A DNA stretch of 64,000 nucleotides, taken from positions 52,826,001-52,890,000 of the forward strand of contig NC_058382.1 in NCBI RefSeq assembly GCF_018350175.1. Direction: 5' to 3'. A program made the position numbers and the translations under genes. Of this stretch, positions 23,380-35,183 are shown piece after piece. The notes under the pieces were generated by a model, which did no database searches, had not been told where the DNA came from, and saw only the letters and a list, made by a program, of their open reading frames with translations. The DNA is from Felis catus (taxonomy: Eukaryota). Position 1 is the first letter of the stretch, and each line of letters opens with the position of its first letter.

Positions 23380-23900
23380 GTTAGAGTCAGGACCGAACCC
23401 AGATCAAAACAGATTTAGGGAGAAAAGGGGACTGCGTTAGATTAGCCACTGACAAATCCTGGCGTAGATCTGACTTCAGACATCGCTGGATCCAGGTGAT
23501 TAAATAATATCACCGGAAACCTTTCTCTCCCCATGTCTCAATTTTTGTTTCTTCTGTCTTAACTTTATTCTAATAGAGGCTTTCTTCCTGTAGTAGGTAT
23601 ACTTCCTACTGAGATGTACTGAGAAAATTCTGGAAACAGATAACCCTCTGGCCATGAATACCGGTAGTTTCACCAAAATGACAGGCTACCTCTCATTCCC
23701 TCGGCTTGAAACCGGTCTGGTCATGTGTCCCCTCCCCTCCCAACCATTGTGGCCAGGGGCTATAAAACTCCCACTGACGAGGTCCGAGTTATGCTTCATT
23801 GCTGGAGCAGAAAATGGCGCCAGCCCCCCTAACCCCTGGCCTGAGAGCTGCAGGGAAGGTCAGCTACTAAAGAGAGATGAGAGTATTGTAAAGCAAAAGA
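23380..23900 (-). mobile_element. Old MLT1 (K/L-like) LTR
   Basis: GACTTCAGACATCGCTGGATCCAGG...GGTCATGTGTCC...AACCATTGTGGCCAGGGG. Confidence 0.6.
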
Positions 23901-24114
23901 AGGGCGATGATGAGTAGGAATCTCCAAAGATCAAATATCCGCTGGTGTTCAGAGAGGTATATTTGGGCTCACAGCCAGTCATCCAATAGACCCTTCTTAA
24001 GGAAGGTGAAAACCCATCATGTCCCGTTCTGGCCTTCCGGCTGGTGCTCTCTCAGCAAGAACCCCACAGAGGAGATGGGTGTTGAGGAAGGGGACAGGAG
24101 TCAGGGTGGAAGAA

Positions 24115-24350
24115 CACTGAGGAGCTGGACTTCTGGAGTCTAGCGGGGTTGGCCTCAAGTCTCAGTCCTGCCATTTACTAACTCTGTGACCCTGGTAAAT
24201 TTGCTCAGCCTCATCAAACTTCAGTTTTGCCCTGTGTAAAGTGGGGCTAATAACAGTGCCCAGTATGTAGGGTTGGCGTAATGATCAGTGAGAAAATGTG
24301 CAAAGGTTTGCATGCATACAAACATCATAACTGCTCAGTGAAGGGTAGGT
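24115..24350 (+). mobile_element. MIR SINE
   Basis: CTGCCATTTACTAACTCTGTGACCCTGG...TGTAAAGTGGGGCTAATAACAGT. Confidence 0.8.
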
Positions 24351-24494
24351 GTTGAAGTTAGCACCAGTGAGCTCTGGAAGATGCTAAGCTCTGTTGCAAA
24401 GGTTACTTGCTCTTATCTGTGATTTTTGTCTCAAATTCTAACGTTTGGCGGGATTAGTGTTTACGCATAATCACATATTAGAATGAAGTGCCTA

Positions 24495-24903
24495 GGGGTG
24501 TGTATCTGGGTGGCTCGGTTGGTTGAGCGTCCGACTCTCGATTTTTGGCTCAGCTCATGATCCCAGGGTCATGGGATCGAGCTCCGTGTCAGGCTCCATG
24601 CTGAGTGTGGAACCTGCTTAAGATTCCCTTTCTCATGGGGCGACTGGGTGGCTCAGTCTGCTAAGCATCTGACTTTGGCTCAGGTCATGATCTCAAGGTT
24701 GATGAGTTCCAGCCCCGCATCGGGGTCTGTGCTGACAGCTCGGAACCTGGAGCCTGCTTCAGATTCTGTGATACCCTCTCTCTCTGCCCCTCCCCCCCTC
24801 TCAAAAACAAATAAACACTAAAAAAAATTTCTTAAAGATTCCCTCTCTCCCTCTCCCTCTGCCCCTCACCCCCCGCCTCTAAAATTTAAAAAATTAAGAA
24901 AAA
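24495..24903 (+). mobile_element. Older carnivore SINE, split by a second SINE
   Basis: Head 24495-24634 and CT tract/tail 24850-24903; outer TSD AGAATGAAGTG (24480-24490) / AGACTGAAGTG (24904-24914). Confidence 0.9.
24637..24834 (+). mobile_element. SINEC_Fc-like SINE nested in a SINE
   Basis: TSD AAGATTCCCTTTCTC (24620-24634) / AAGATTCCCTCTCTC (24835-24849). Confidence 0.94.
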
Positions 24904-25682
24904 AGACTGAAGTGATTAAGTGATGTACATTTCAGAAGGAGCTCTCTGAGGGTACAGAATCAAGTATGCAGCCTCTAAGACTCATTGGAAGCTCACTGGA
25001 CACTTGAGCCAAACGATGGATAGGTGGGAGCTCTATTTCGATTGGCAGGCACCAGCCCAGTTGTACGGCCTGTAGTCTGGAGTGCGATTGGGCTGACTCT
25101 GGAGCCATGTCCTTTGTGATCTCTCAGGAAATGGGCCACGTTGCCAGCTGACCTCTCTAGAAGGAAAGACTGTGTTTATCGGTTTCCCTCACTTGCATGG
25201 GAAAACTCTCCATCGCGAGTCTCAGTGTCCCAGTAGGACATGGAAGCAGAATGTCAGGCCGCAAAATAAGTTGGTGCACAGAATCTGTCAATTAAAAGGA
25301 CGGGTTAGAGACAAAGGCTCCTGGGTTTCGTACTTTGGTTTAATCACTTACCGGCTTCACCATAGGAACAAGCAATGGACTTGACCCCAAAACTGGAAGC
25401 AAGCAAGGGTCAGAAATAGCTGTGTAAGAAAAAGCCTTTGTAGTCTGAATAATTTTCTTATATGACCATGAACAGCAATGTAATAAAGCTTATGGTGGTT
25501 TTGATCATGAATTTGGCCAGGCCAGAAATAGACCGCATGAAGATTGATCAATTGGTGGGGTGACTCATTGATCGTGGGAGTAACTCTTGGCTACTGAGAC
25601 TTAGAAAAGCCAGAGGGATAGAAACATAGTTGATCCACAAACACCTTCATCCTCTCTGGAACCTTCTCTTGGAATGACCATG

Positions 25683-26195
25683 CGCATTAGTTTCTTATGA
25701 CTGCTATAACAAATTGCCACAGAAGTAGTGGCTTAAAATAACTCAGGTTTATGTTCTTATAACTCTGGAAGTCAGGAGTCTTAAAATCCAGGTATCGTCA
25801 GGACATGGTTCCTTCCGGAGGGTCGAGGGAAGAATCCGTTCCTTGCCTTTCTAGTTTTGAGAGGACACGTGCGTTCCTTACCTTGTGGCCCGTTTTTGCC
25901 TCTTCAGAGTACATCTCTTCAACCTGTGATTCCGGGACCGTGCCTCCTCTTTCTTCTGTCTACCTGTGTCATCACACGGCCTTCTCTGACTCTGGCCCTC
26001 CTTCTTCCCTCTTATAAGGACTCTTGGGATGACAGTAGGCCCACCCAGCCCATCCAGGATCATCTCCTCGTCTCAAAGATCCTTCGCTTAATCACATCTG
26101 CAAAGGCTTTTCTTCCCTGAGATGGAACGTATTCATTCACAGGTTTCCAGGAATATGGGAGGGACATCTTTGGGAGGCATTATCCTGTCTACCAA
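25683..26195 (-). mobile_element. MLT1 (C/D-like) solo LTR
   Basis: ATTAGTTTCTTATGACTGCTATAACAAATTGCCAC...GGCTTAAAA...TTAATCACATCTGCAAAG. Confidence 0.88.
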
Positions 26196-26444
26196 ACTAT
26201 CCGATATATGTAGAAATAATGCATAATTCTTTTGTCAGCATGAATCTCCATCACAAAGAGCATGTGATGGTGTGGAAGTTGTCCAGCAATGCGATGCGTG
26301 GCCCTGCCCCCGCTTCTAAGTCTCACCTAAAACCATCTGACCTGCATTTCAGCTTCTTCAACCATAAAGTGGAAGTGTTTGTAGATGGTATCCAGAATGC
26401 AGCGGTAAACCGAATATTCTAGTGTTTTATTGTCGAAATGGCTC

Positions 26445-26897
26445 TGTATTCGTTTCCTAGGGCTATGATAACAAAATGTCCCAAACTGAGTGACTTAAAA
26501 TAACAGAAATGTATTCTTTCATAGTTTTGAAGGCTAGAAGTTCAAAGTGAAGGATCAGGAGGGCTGTGGTCCCTCTGCAGGCCCTAGGGGAGAGTCCTCC
26601 CTTGCCTCTTCCTATGTTCTGCTGGTTGGCAGCAGTCGTTTGACGTCCCTTCACTTGTAGACTTGTAGATGTCTGCTTCTGTCAACGCTTGGCATTCTCC
26701 CTTGCGTCTCTGTTTCTGTGTCCCTTCTCTTCTTCTAAGGACGCCAGTCCTATTGGGTTGAGGTCCCACCCTCATCTTAAGTAATTACACAGCGACAAAA
26801 CTGCTGTTTCCATATAAGTTCATGTTCTGAGGTTTTGAGAAGGACTTGATTGGCGGCGTGGGGGGTGGGGGGGAGGGACACTATTCAACTCAGTACA
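26445..26897 (-). mobile_element. MLT1 (B/C-like) solo LTR
   Basis: TGTATTCGTTTCCTAGGGCT...GACTTAAAATAACAGAAATGTATT...GGACACTATTCAACTCAGTACA; TG...CA ends. Confidence 0.88.
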
Positions 26898-27957
26898 ACC
26901 CAGACTCCCACAGATAAGAATTAAGAGAATGTAAGGAAGCGAGAGCCAGAACTTGCCGACTTTCTCCTCACCTTGCCCTGGTTACCTTTTGGATTGTTGG
27001 TCTGTGTCTTTGGACGTGGATGCAGTGGCCTTACAGAGCAGCTACGCTCTGGGCCCGTGGTGACGTTTGGTCGCAGTCTGACGGCTGGGTCACGCTGCCT
27101 GTGTGTGAGGCCGGAACACCTTATGACCTGGTCATGAGCAGATTTGCAATTCTGCATACCTGAAGGGAAAGCAATCTGATAGCTTATTGATTCGGATTCA
27201 CAGACTCTGTATTTGGAGCTAGGATACACCTGAACAATCACCTAACTCCGCCTGTGCTATCTACACAGGGGTGTCCGATAGAAGGCGGCCCCGGAGAGAG
27301 TATCTCTGTAGGGAGTGCTCCTGAAAACGTCAGTCCTGCGGTCCGGGTGGCTATAGACCGGCCTCTCTCCGCTCCCTAAGGTGCCGGGAGGGAGCTCGTG
27401 TCTTCAAGGGCATCGGACAAAGACACAGAGCAAAACTGCCTCCCATGGCAGATACGGCACATCATTTCTTATTTCACAGAACACGGAGAAGCTTCCTTGG
27501 AAAAGCTTGGTCTTCGGCTTTCTGGTTTTGAACCGGAGGGCAGGCCAGGAGGGAGCTGCCCTGTCCAGGGCTCGGAGGTCGCGTTTTCAGCTGAGGAAAG
27601 TGGTCTTGAACCTCTCCATCCTTGCAAAGCCAGATGGAGGCCCTCGGCCCCAGCCCCGTCAGCCCCACACACCTGCCGTGCACCTGGACCGCCGCTCTAC
27701 CTGTTTACAAATTACCCCCATTTTCTGCTTGGCTCAGCAGCAACTGTTCACCCTCCCCCGTGATGTAATTAGGCCTTCAGAGTTCATGTGTGCCTATTAC
27801 GGGCTCTCCTGTGTTTTGTCTTGATGCTTCATTTCTGTAGCTGTAATCATATATATATATTAAAATTTGGTATCAATTGTTTGGCTAAATTATGCACAGT
27901 GGGCCATCCTAACCTGCCATTAACATAACGTATGCTAAACAATGTGTTGGGTTTTTC

Positions 27958-28027
27958 CCTTCTTCTTCTTCTTCTTCTTCTTCTTCTTCCTCTTCCTCTT
28001 CCTCTTCCTCTTCTTCTTCTTTTTTTT
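27958..28027 (+). repeat. (CTT)n/(CTTCCT)n microsatellite
   Basis: Read directly from the sequence. Confidence 0.95.
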
Positions 28028-28496
28028 CCTGATAATTATACTCCAAAGCATCAATTGCTTATTCAAGTAAATTAAACTTTGAGGGTTTTTTTGTTTTTTT
28101 TTTCCCCTCATTTCGTCAAACTTTCAAATTGTCTTGGCTGCCACGGTTGCAGGCCCGGTGCTACTCTCACTGCCCGTGGAGGTGACCTTGGTGTTCTCTT
28201 TCTGAGAAACCCAGGGTCCACGAAGTGGTCAGCAGCATCGTAGCTGTCCCGATGTTCTGGGCTGAGCCGCAGTTGGGCACGTGGTTGCCAACTTTCCCCG
28301 AACCAGGGGGCCCCTGGCCTGGGTGCAGAGATGGGCGTTAAAAACATCAGTGGCTGCTGGAGTCCTAATTCACCCGCTCCCTGGACGAATGGGCCCCGAG
28401 CCCCTATTCCACAGCCAGTGCTGTTCTAGCTGCAGGAGATCCAACAGTGACCCAGACGAGCACGAATTCTGTCCTCTGACAGTTTGTCCTCTAATG

Positions 28497-28693
28497 CAGG
28501 GGTCAGCAGACGGTTTCAGTAAAGGGCTAAATAATAAATATTTGGGGCTTTGTGGACCACACAGTCTCAGTGTGCCCTCCACCCTTGTAGTATGTAAGCA
28601 CCCGTGAGCCATAAATAAATGAATGGGCATGGCTGTGTGCCAATAAAACTTTATTTATAAGAATAGGCAGCAGGTCAGATTTTGCCAGCCCTT
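28497..28693. mobile_element. MER58A hAT-Charlie MITE
   Basis: CAGGGGTCAGCA...GTAAAGGGCTAAATAATAAATATTT...GGCTGTGTGCCAATAAAACTTTATTTA...TTTGCCAGCCC. Confidence 0.9.
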
Positions 28694-29277
28694 AGTCTCG
28701 TGGGTCGAGGCGGAGGATATATACAAAAAGTTTATTTTTTTTTTTTTTAAGCGAAAGGATAATTTTAGGCTGTGGCAAGTGACTTGGAGGAAGTAAGCCT
28801 AGTGATATAAGCAGCAGTTGGCAACTTTTTCACCCCAGGGTCTACACAGAGGATGTATTCAGCACAACTGAGTGAAATGGTTGAGGAGGCTCTGGCTGGC
28901 GCCTAGAAGATCCGGCACTCGGAGGCGAATCCATAGCATGTCACGTCTGTAACCCTTGTGCAGCACAGCCAGGATTCTCCAGAAGGAGGGACCGTGGGGA
29001 CCAAGCTTAGATGGCATAGTCATAGGGCTTTCTCCGGGACTACATCTGAGTTGAAATGTGAGTGGTTGGACAGTGGTCGGCCACAGGGGAGAGTGTAGAG
29101 CCGGAGCACCGCTCCATTAAGGGCCAACTATGGGTGCAAAGACTCCAGGACGAGAGAACGCGTGTCGTGTTTGGAACTGAAGGGAGGCCAGGGTGACTGG
29201 AAAGAACAGAGAGCATATTCGAATTCTGCAGTGAAATGAGACTAAACGGGAGCTTAGACCCTGAATCCTAGGTCAAT

Positions 29278-29795
29278 GTTCTGATGGTTGTGGCTGTGCA
29301 ACAAAGCATGCCCCAACTGAGTGGCTTACAGCAAGAAAACAAAACAAAACAAAACACGTTTATTTCTCTCAAGCGCTTGGGGCTCGGCAGAGCTAGGGTG
29401 GTCTTGGCTGTGCTGTTTTGCTGGTCTCGCTGGTCTCCTTGGAGAGGCTTCCTCCCGTGTCTGTGGACTGGCCGCTGTGCTCAAGCATCAGCCGGGGCTT
29501 CTGTCCTGTGCTAGACACGGATGGGGTACGTAAGTTAGGGTGGCGTCTCACCCTCCTGGGACCGGCAGGGCTGGACCAGGTGTGAATTTCTCAAGGCAAT
29601 GTCAGAAGCACAAGGAAGCAGCTCCAAACACATAACGCCTCTTGAAGTCCAGACCCAGAGCTGGCATATCCATCATTTCTACCACATTCCATTGCCCCAA
29701 ACACATCACATGGCTGTGCTCAGAGAGGAGGGCACTGCAGAGCGACATAGCAAAAGGCCTGGCTCCTGGGCAGATGAGGAATGGGGATCCCCAGG
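29278..29795 (-). mobile_element. MLT1 (H/I-like) LTR
   Basis: GCTGTGCAACAAAGCATGCCCCAACTGAGTGGCTTA...CATTTCTACCACATTCCATTG...TCACATGGC. Confidence 0.7.
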
Positions 29796-30464
29796 GGGAC
29801 TGTTTGTGCGTGAAGTAGATAAGAAGCCATTGAAGCGTTTTTAGAACAGGAGTGATGTGGTCTGATTTACCATGAGAAAAGTCTTAATCTGACAGAACAT
29901 GAGGAGAAGAGATCGGGGTGAAGGTTGGTGGGGTGCTGAGAGAGGTTGTGCGGAGACTGGGCTGGGCTGAACCTGTTCAAGGCCCAGAGCCCCTCTCTCT
30001 TGTGTACGCGTTTAGGATACACAAGATACATTGTTAAACTCCTCACGCTGGGCTTTACCAGGTGAGCTGACAGTTATCACCTGCATTCATCAATATAAGT
30101 TCCATAAAAAGCAAAGCAGTTGAGGAGAAATGAGAAATTACAGCCCAGATTAGCAGCCTTGAATGGTCCTCAGGAACACAGGACACTCTCCCGGATCCCA
30201 CATCACAGCCTGTCACCCATTATCACTAATAGCAGGATTATTCCCAAGGAAGCTTGTAGCTGTTATACTTATTACCATCACAACAATAAAATAAAGAGCT
30301 GTGACTGCCACCCATGCTCATTGACTTGTTTCATGCCGATCTCTTAATCAATAGGCGGCTCGAAGTTTGAACCTGTCGGGAGGAAATCCTATCTTCAGAA
30401 GCAATGTTGGTTTCCTATGGGAAAGGATGATTTTGTTGGGAAATGGGCTCACCAAAACTTTCTG

Positions 30465-30840
30465 GCTTGTGTGTGGAAGACTGTAATGAAACCTAAGGGC
30501 ATAGTGTCTCAAATACAATACAAATTTGTGTTTCATTAACGTAAAATCCCAAGCAGGTGTTCTGGTCAGGAAGCTACTCTCTGCCAAGTAGTGATTCAGG
30601 GCCCCAGGCCCCTTCCATCCTGTGGCTCCACCGTGATCAACAAAGACCTTTGGAAGGTTGCCTCCTGATTCAATTCAGGGGGAGCAAGGTCATGTAATAC
30701 CGTGCTTGCCAGCGTCCTTGGCTCCAACTCGGTCACATGACCCCGCCTAACTGCAAGGGAGGCTGGGGATTGTAGTTCGCTGTGTGTCTGGGAAGGCGAG
30801 AAGGAAGCAGGGTTCGTGAACAGCTGGCCAGTCTCCACCG
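30465..30840 (-). mobile_element. MLT1J-like LTR
   Basis: GATTCAGGGCCCCAGGCCCCTTCCATCCTGTGGCTCC...GTCACATGACCCCGCCTAACTGCAAGGGAGGCTGGG. Confidence 0.8.
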
Positions 30841-30929
30841 GAAATTCCTTTAATGCCATTCTCTCCTTTGAGCAATTGAATAATTTGCACTGTTTCACTT
30901 CTCAACAAGCAGACGCTCACAGTAAGAGT

Positions 30930-31062
30930 GACTCTTTATGGAGTGCTCTTCATGAGCTGGGTGCTCCTCGTATATTCCCTCAATCAAACCTCCAAGCAGC
31001 TGTAGCAAAGGTACTGTGTTGTTCCCATTTGACAGATAAGGGCATAGAGATTTAGAGAGATT
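30930..31062 (-). mobile_element. MIR fragment
   Basis: CCCATTTGACAGATAAGGGCATAGAGATTTAGAGAG. Confidence 0.65.
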
Positions 31063-31114
31063 CCTTTTATCATCTGTTGAAAGGGGGAAGGCATCAGTAC
31101 CGTCTCAAGAAGCC

Positions 31115-31510
31115 ACATCTGCCAGGATAGGCTACGAGGTGACAGACAACCTGACTGTAGTCAAGTCAACCTCAGACAAGTCCTGAGTCCCAAGACTCAG
31201 GACTTAACCATAAAGCTTTATATCTCGCTCCTGGTCTGTGTCCAGTGTGAGTCGTTCTTTTTACTCCAGGACTTAGGTTGATGGAAAAGGTACTTTCTGG
31301 AATGTCGATGATTTCCGGGGCAGAGGAAAGAGAGAACATGGCAAAGCATATCCTGGTCCTGAAACTGCCAGTGTGAAAGAAACCTTTATCACGTTTTGTT
31401 GGTCAAGGGAGTTAGATGGCCACACCTCGTTTCAAGTTGTCGGGAGATGAACTCCTATCACGCACCTGGAAAGAGAAAGCTGGCATTCTGGAACCCCTTT
31501 TCGTGGCAAC
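31115..31510 (-). mobile_element. Old MLT1 (J/L-like) LTR
   Basis: CAGGATAGGCTA...CTCCAGGACTTAGGTTGATGGA...GGCAGAGGAAAGAGAGAACATGGCAAA. Confidence 0.6.
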
Positions 31511-31849
31511 CAGCGTATCCCCGTAATCCAGGGAGAGTGCTTAGCATGGAGCTGGGAACAGGAAGTGCCTCGGTGTTACCATTTTTATTCGATTGCCTAA
31601 GGACTGGATGGTGAGAAGAGAATTCCTAATGTATCTGGAATTATCGGAAATCTGCAGTTGATCAGCCTGATTCAGAGAGACCCTGGGATCATGTTTGATG
31701 TTTTCTGGGGGGAGGGAGGTCGTAGAATTTGGTGGGGACACAGCTGTAGACCAGAGTCACTAGGTGCCCTCAGTGGCGGACTGCGAGAAAAGGAGGAAAC
31801 TTCTCCACCATGCTGTCTGTGAGCTTTTATGAAGAAACGAGTGGATCGC

Positions 31850-33250
31850 CTTCTCCATTTTATCTACAGCAACTAGATTGGGGGGTCAGAGTGTGTTTTA
31901 TTATTGCGCACACACATGATTACAAAGTCTTTGGTTTTTTTCCCTACGTAGATTTATGTTGAGATTTAATTTCCACCAATTAGAACCCAAATGAAGCCAT
32001 TCTAATGTGATTCATACATCACGGAAACGTGGCCCTACTCCTCAGTGCACACACAAGGAAACAATATCGAAGTGAATTTTAAGTACCTAAAGTTGTGTCG
32101 GCCTGTGAATGAATATCCAATTCAATTTGTAGGAAACTTTAGATTAATTAGGTTTATAATTTGCACAGTAAGGTAATGTAAATGTGTTGCTACTGCTTGA
32201 CTTTTTGCTTAATCCTCTGAGTGGATATTTAATCTTTTTAATATTAGAATTAAAGCAGCTTGGAAGATATGAATATTAATCTAATTATATTCCGATCACT
32301 TTAATTTCTTTAATGTTTTAAATAACAAAACAACTTTACAAATTGGTTTAGGTTGGGGAACCCTTTTAGAGGATTTTGCATCTCATCAGTAAGTGCCATT
32401 TAGAAGATGCAGGCTTGGGGGAGGCCACCTTAAGTTTAGAGTTATGCAAATGGAACCCATTAATCCTGGAGCCTCCGCTCTCTGACTGGCAAGGTGTGCT
32501 TCAGGAATTTCTAGCTCCTACTGAGGAAGGAAGAGTTTCCCCGGCATGAAAAACCCAAGGAAGCAAACAGCTTTATGGCACTTCAGCCCTACGAAGTGAG
32601 AGCTTTTGAAGAATCAGTGATAAGTTAGCGCTAAGAGGATTTTTCTCCTGTTTTCGGCTCTTATTATCTTAAGGAGGGGAAAGAAATCAGAGCGGTGCCT
32701 GCAAATTTTATTACCTCATTATAATTGATACCTGTTCTCTGCGCCAATAAAAGAAGCCGTATTCAGCACTAGCTGCATCAAATCTTTAATGTTTTTGGCT
32801 GTCAATGTTAGCTGTGGTTAGGCTGACATAATTATGAGCTGCCTGGACCAATACAGAGCTCTTTACCCACAAAAGCATGTTGCAAGCGGGGAGGGCGGAG
32901 GAATCTTTCAGCAATAATAAAAGGATTCATCAGGTGTCTATATGATAGCTACCTAAATCGCTATTGTTTTAGTTAGTGCAAAACGTATCCCCTGGCTATC
33001 CCAGTTCCTCATCTTTCCTACTTGGCATTTCAGGAATTTCAGGCTTTTGTACAGAGTGTTCAGTTGCTTCCTCACGAAGGGGGAGAAATCCTTTTGGTAT
33101 GATCTCCATTTCAAGATGACAATAAAGCGGCGGGTTTCCAAAGGGCAGTCCCTGGAATTCAGACTTGATAAACAGAATATATTATTTTCTGGAACTAATT
33201 ACAGATTTTAAAAGCGTGGTGGAAAGTTAAGCAAAGAATTTATGTCATAA
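31850..33250. promoter_or_regulatory. Candidate conserved non-coding enhancer block
   Basis: AT-rich, no recognised repeat; octamer 32444-32451, TAATCC, TAATTA, CCAATAAAA and TGACA/TGTCA motifs. Confidence 0.45.
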
Positions 33251-33652
33251 AATGCAGTAGTCAGTCCTAGAATTAGAAAGAGTTTGGACAAATATCAAGT
33301 GAAGTTTTCCATGTTTTGAACAGTTCCTGTGTAAGGTGTTGCCACTTACCCGTAGGCTAGTGAAATGCCCTGAAAACAGCTTTTCCAGGGAGTGTATAGA
33401 TATTCATGAGAAACGTCAAACGGCATAAATGCCCAACATTAGCCAGTGAATGTAGAGCCAAGTAATCAGTGTGAGACACATCCCATAGAAGGAAAGCCAC
33501 CCCTTCTCAGCTGTGCACCATTTAATTGAACAAAACAAACAATGACAAGGGGCACCATGGTCCTGACTAGTTTTTCCTTTTGTTTATTTTAGTTCATACT
33601 ATCCCTATAGCCAGCCTTTCTGGTTAACACTGTACATTAGCTGAGTTAATGT

Positions 33653-34166
33653 TGTGATAGGTTAAAAATGAATGCAGCTTTTTTCTTACTTTCCCCATCG
33701 GGAGGTGAAGTTGAATTCAGTTGAATTCCTTTGCCCTTGGATCTAGGCTGCACAGCAGCAGCTTGCTTGACAGAATAGGGCAGAAATGACGCTCTGGAAC
33801 TTCCATGGCTGTGACATAAAAAGGCTTATAGCTTCCACCCAGGAATCTTGGAACGTTTGCTCTTGGAGCTCTGAGCCACTGTGTTAGAAACCTGACTGAC
33901 CTGAGGCTGCCATGTTGAAGGAAGCCCAAACCAACCTGTGGAGATTGAGACGCTTGGCCAGCCACCATCCCTTGGAAATCATTTCAGTTAAGGCCCCAGA
34001 TGGGGGGGGGGGGAAGGGTTGGGGGTGGGCAGGGATGGGTCACTTGCCACCCCCCACCCCAAGGCCCTGTCCAAACTGCAGATTCAAGGGCAAAATAAAT
34101 AATTGCTATTGCAATTGACCACTATGTTTTGGGTTGTTTCTTATAGAAGAATAGGTAATCAGAGCA
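33653..34166 (+). mobile_element. MLT1 (G/H-like) solo LTR
   Basis: TGTGATAGGTTAAAAATG...CTGAGGCTGCCATGTTG...CCACTATGTTTTGGGTTGTTTCTTAT...TAATCAGAGCA. Confidence 0.85.
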
Positions 34167-34945
34167 AACACACCAGGACAAGTAATTGTGAAAGGTGAAT
34201 TTAATTTTTCAATGGGGCCTATGGAATCAGTTTCTTTGTTTTGTGGTGAATACAGAGTGTCTGTAGCAACCCAAAGATCTCTCCTTTCCTAAAACTCAAA
34301 GCGAGGCGAACTCCTTAGGCTTGTAGATGTTGAAGGCTAAACTTTGCTCCTTATATTCTTCACATTCTCTTTATAGATTTCCCTTTGGAAGCCGGGATTA
34401 AAAGAGAGAAGTCTCCCAAATGTAAATTTCTCATAAATATTTGAGCTCCATTTTGGTAATTCTTCTGTTCTCTGATCTGTTGCCTAATCTTCTAGTTAGT
34501 CAGTATTTTCCATGAAATAGAAGCCTTTAATTGTAGAATTACTAATTTTAATAGCTTAGCTTAGCACAGCTCAATTTGTAAAAAGCCCACTATCCCCATT
34601 AAATTCCTGTCGTGTAAAACCACCTATCAGTGCTTACCCATCATTTTACTAAAGTTTGCTCCTCTACAGTCTTTCACTGAATAACGAGGCTCTTCCTAGA
34701 TGAAGAAAAGCAGGATTTCTGTCACCCCAGAAACTTTCAAACTTGGGGAGTGGGCAGTAGGATCCCTGAAGAATAGGACTGACGAATGTCTGTAGGGCAA
34801 GTGGGAGCCACCTTGGACCTGTGCACAGAATGGTGTCATCACTGCTCTCTGAGCTCTGTCCCATGACTTAAGGGTAGGCACATTTCGTTTGGGGCTGACG
34901 GTTACGTGGGGCAAAGGTATAAGCTTATTCAGTTGACCTCAGTCC

Positions 34946-35183
34946 ATTGTGTCTCAACCAAGGCACCATGGACGTTTGAGGCTAGATAACTCTTTGTGGT
35001 GAGAGCTGTCCTCTGTGCTGTAGAATATTGAGCAATGTCCTTGGCCTTTATCCACCAGTTGCCAGTAGCATTCCCTCCCCAAGTTGTGACAACCCCCCAG
35101 TGTCTCCAGACATTGCCAGATTCCTCCCCCTTGACTTTCTTGGCTGTGGTAACTCTTCCCTACCCCCACCTGGTTGACTCAAC
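34946..35183. mobile_element. MER20 hAT-Charlie MITE
   Basis: AGTTGTGACAACC...TGTCTCCAGACATTGCCA...TGGTTGA. Confidence 0.9.

Larger units (their letters stand above)
28405..29960 (-). mobile_element. Fragmented L2, interrupted by MER58A and MLT1
   Basis: CTGTTCTAGCTGCAGGAGATCCAACAGTGA...; GGTGCAAAGACTCCAGG...GAGGCCAGGGTGACTGGA; GAAGCCATTGAAGCGTTTT...GGAGTGATGTGGTCTGATTT. Confidence 0.6.

Noticed and set aside
33280..33600. Possible degraded DNA transposon fragment
   Set aside because: I could not assign a family or find terminal repeats.
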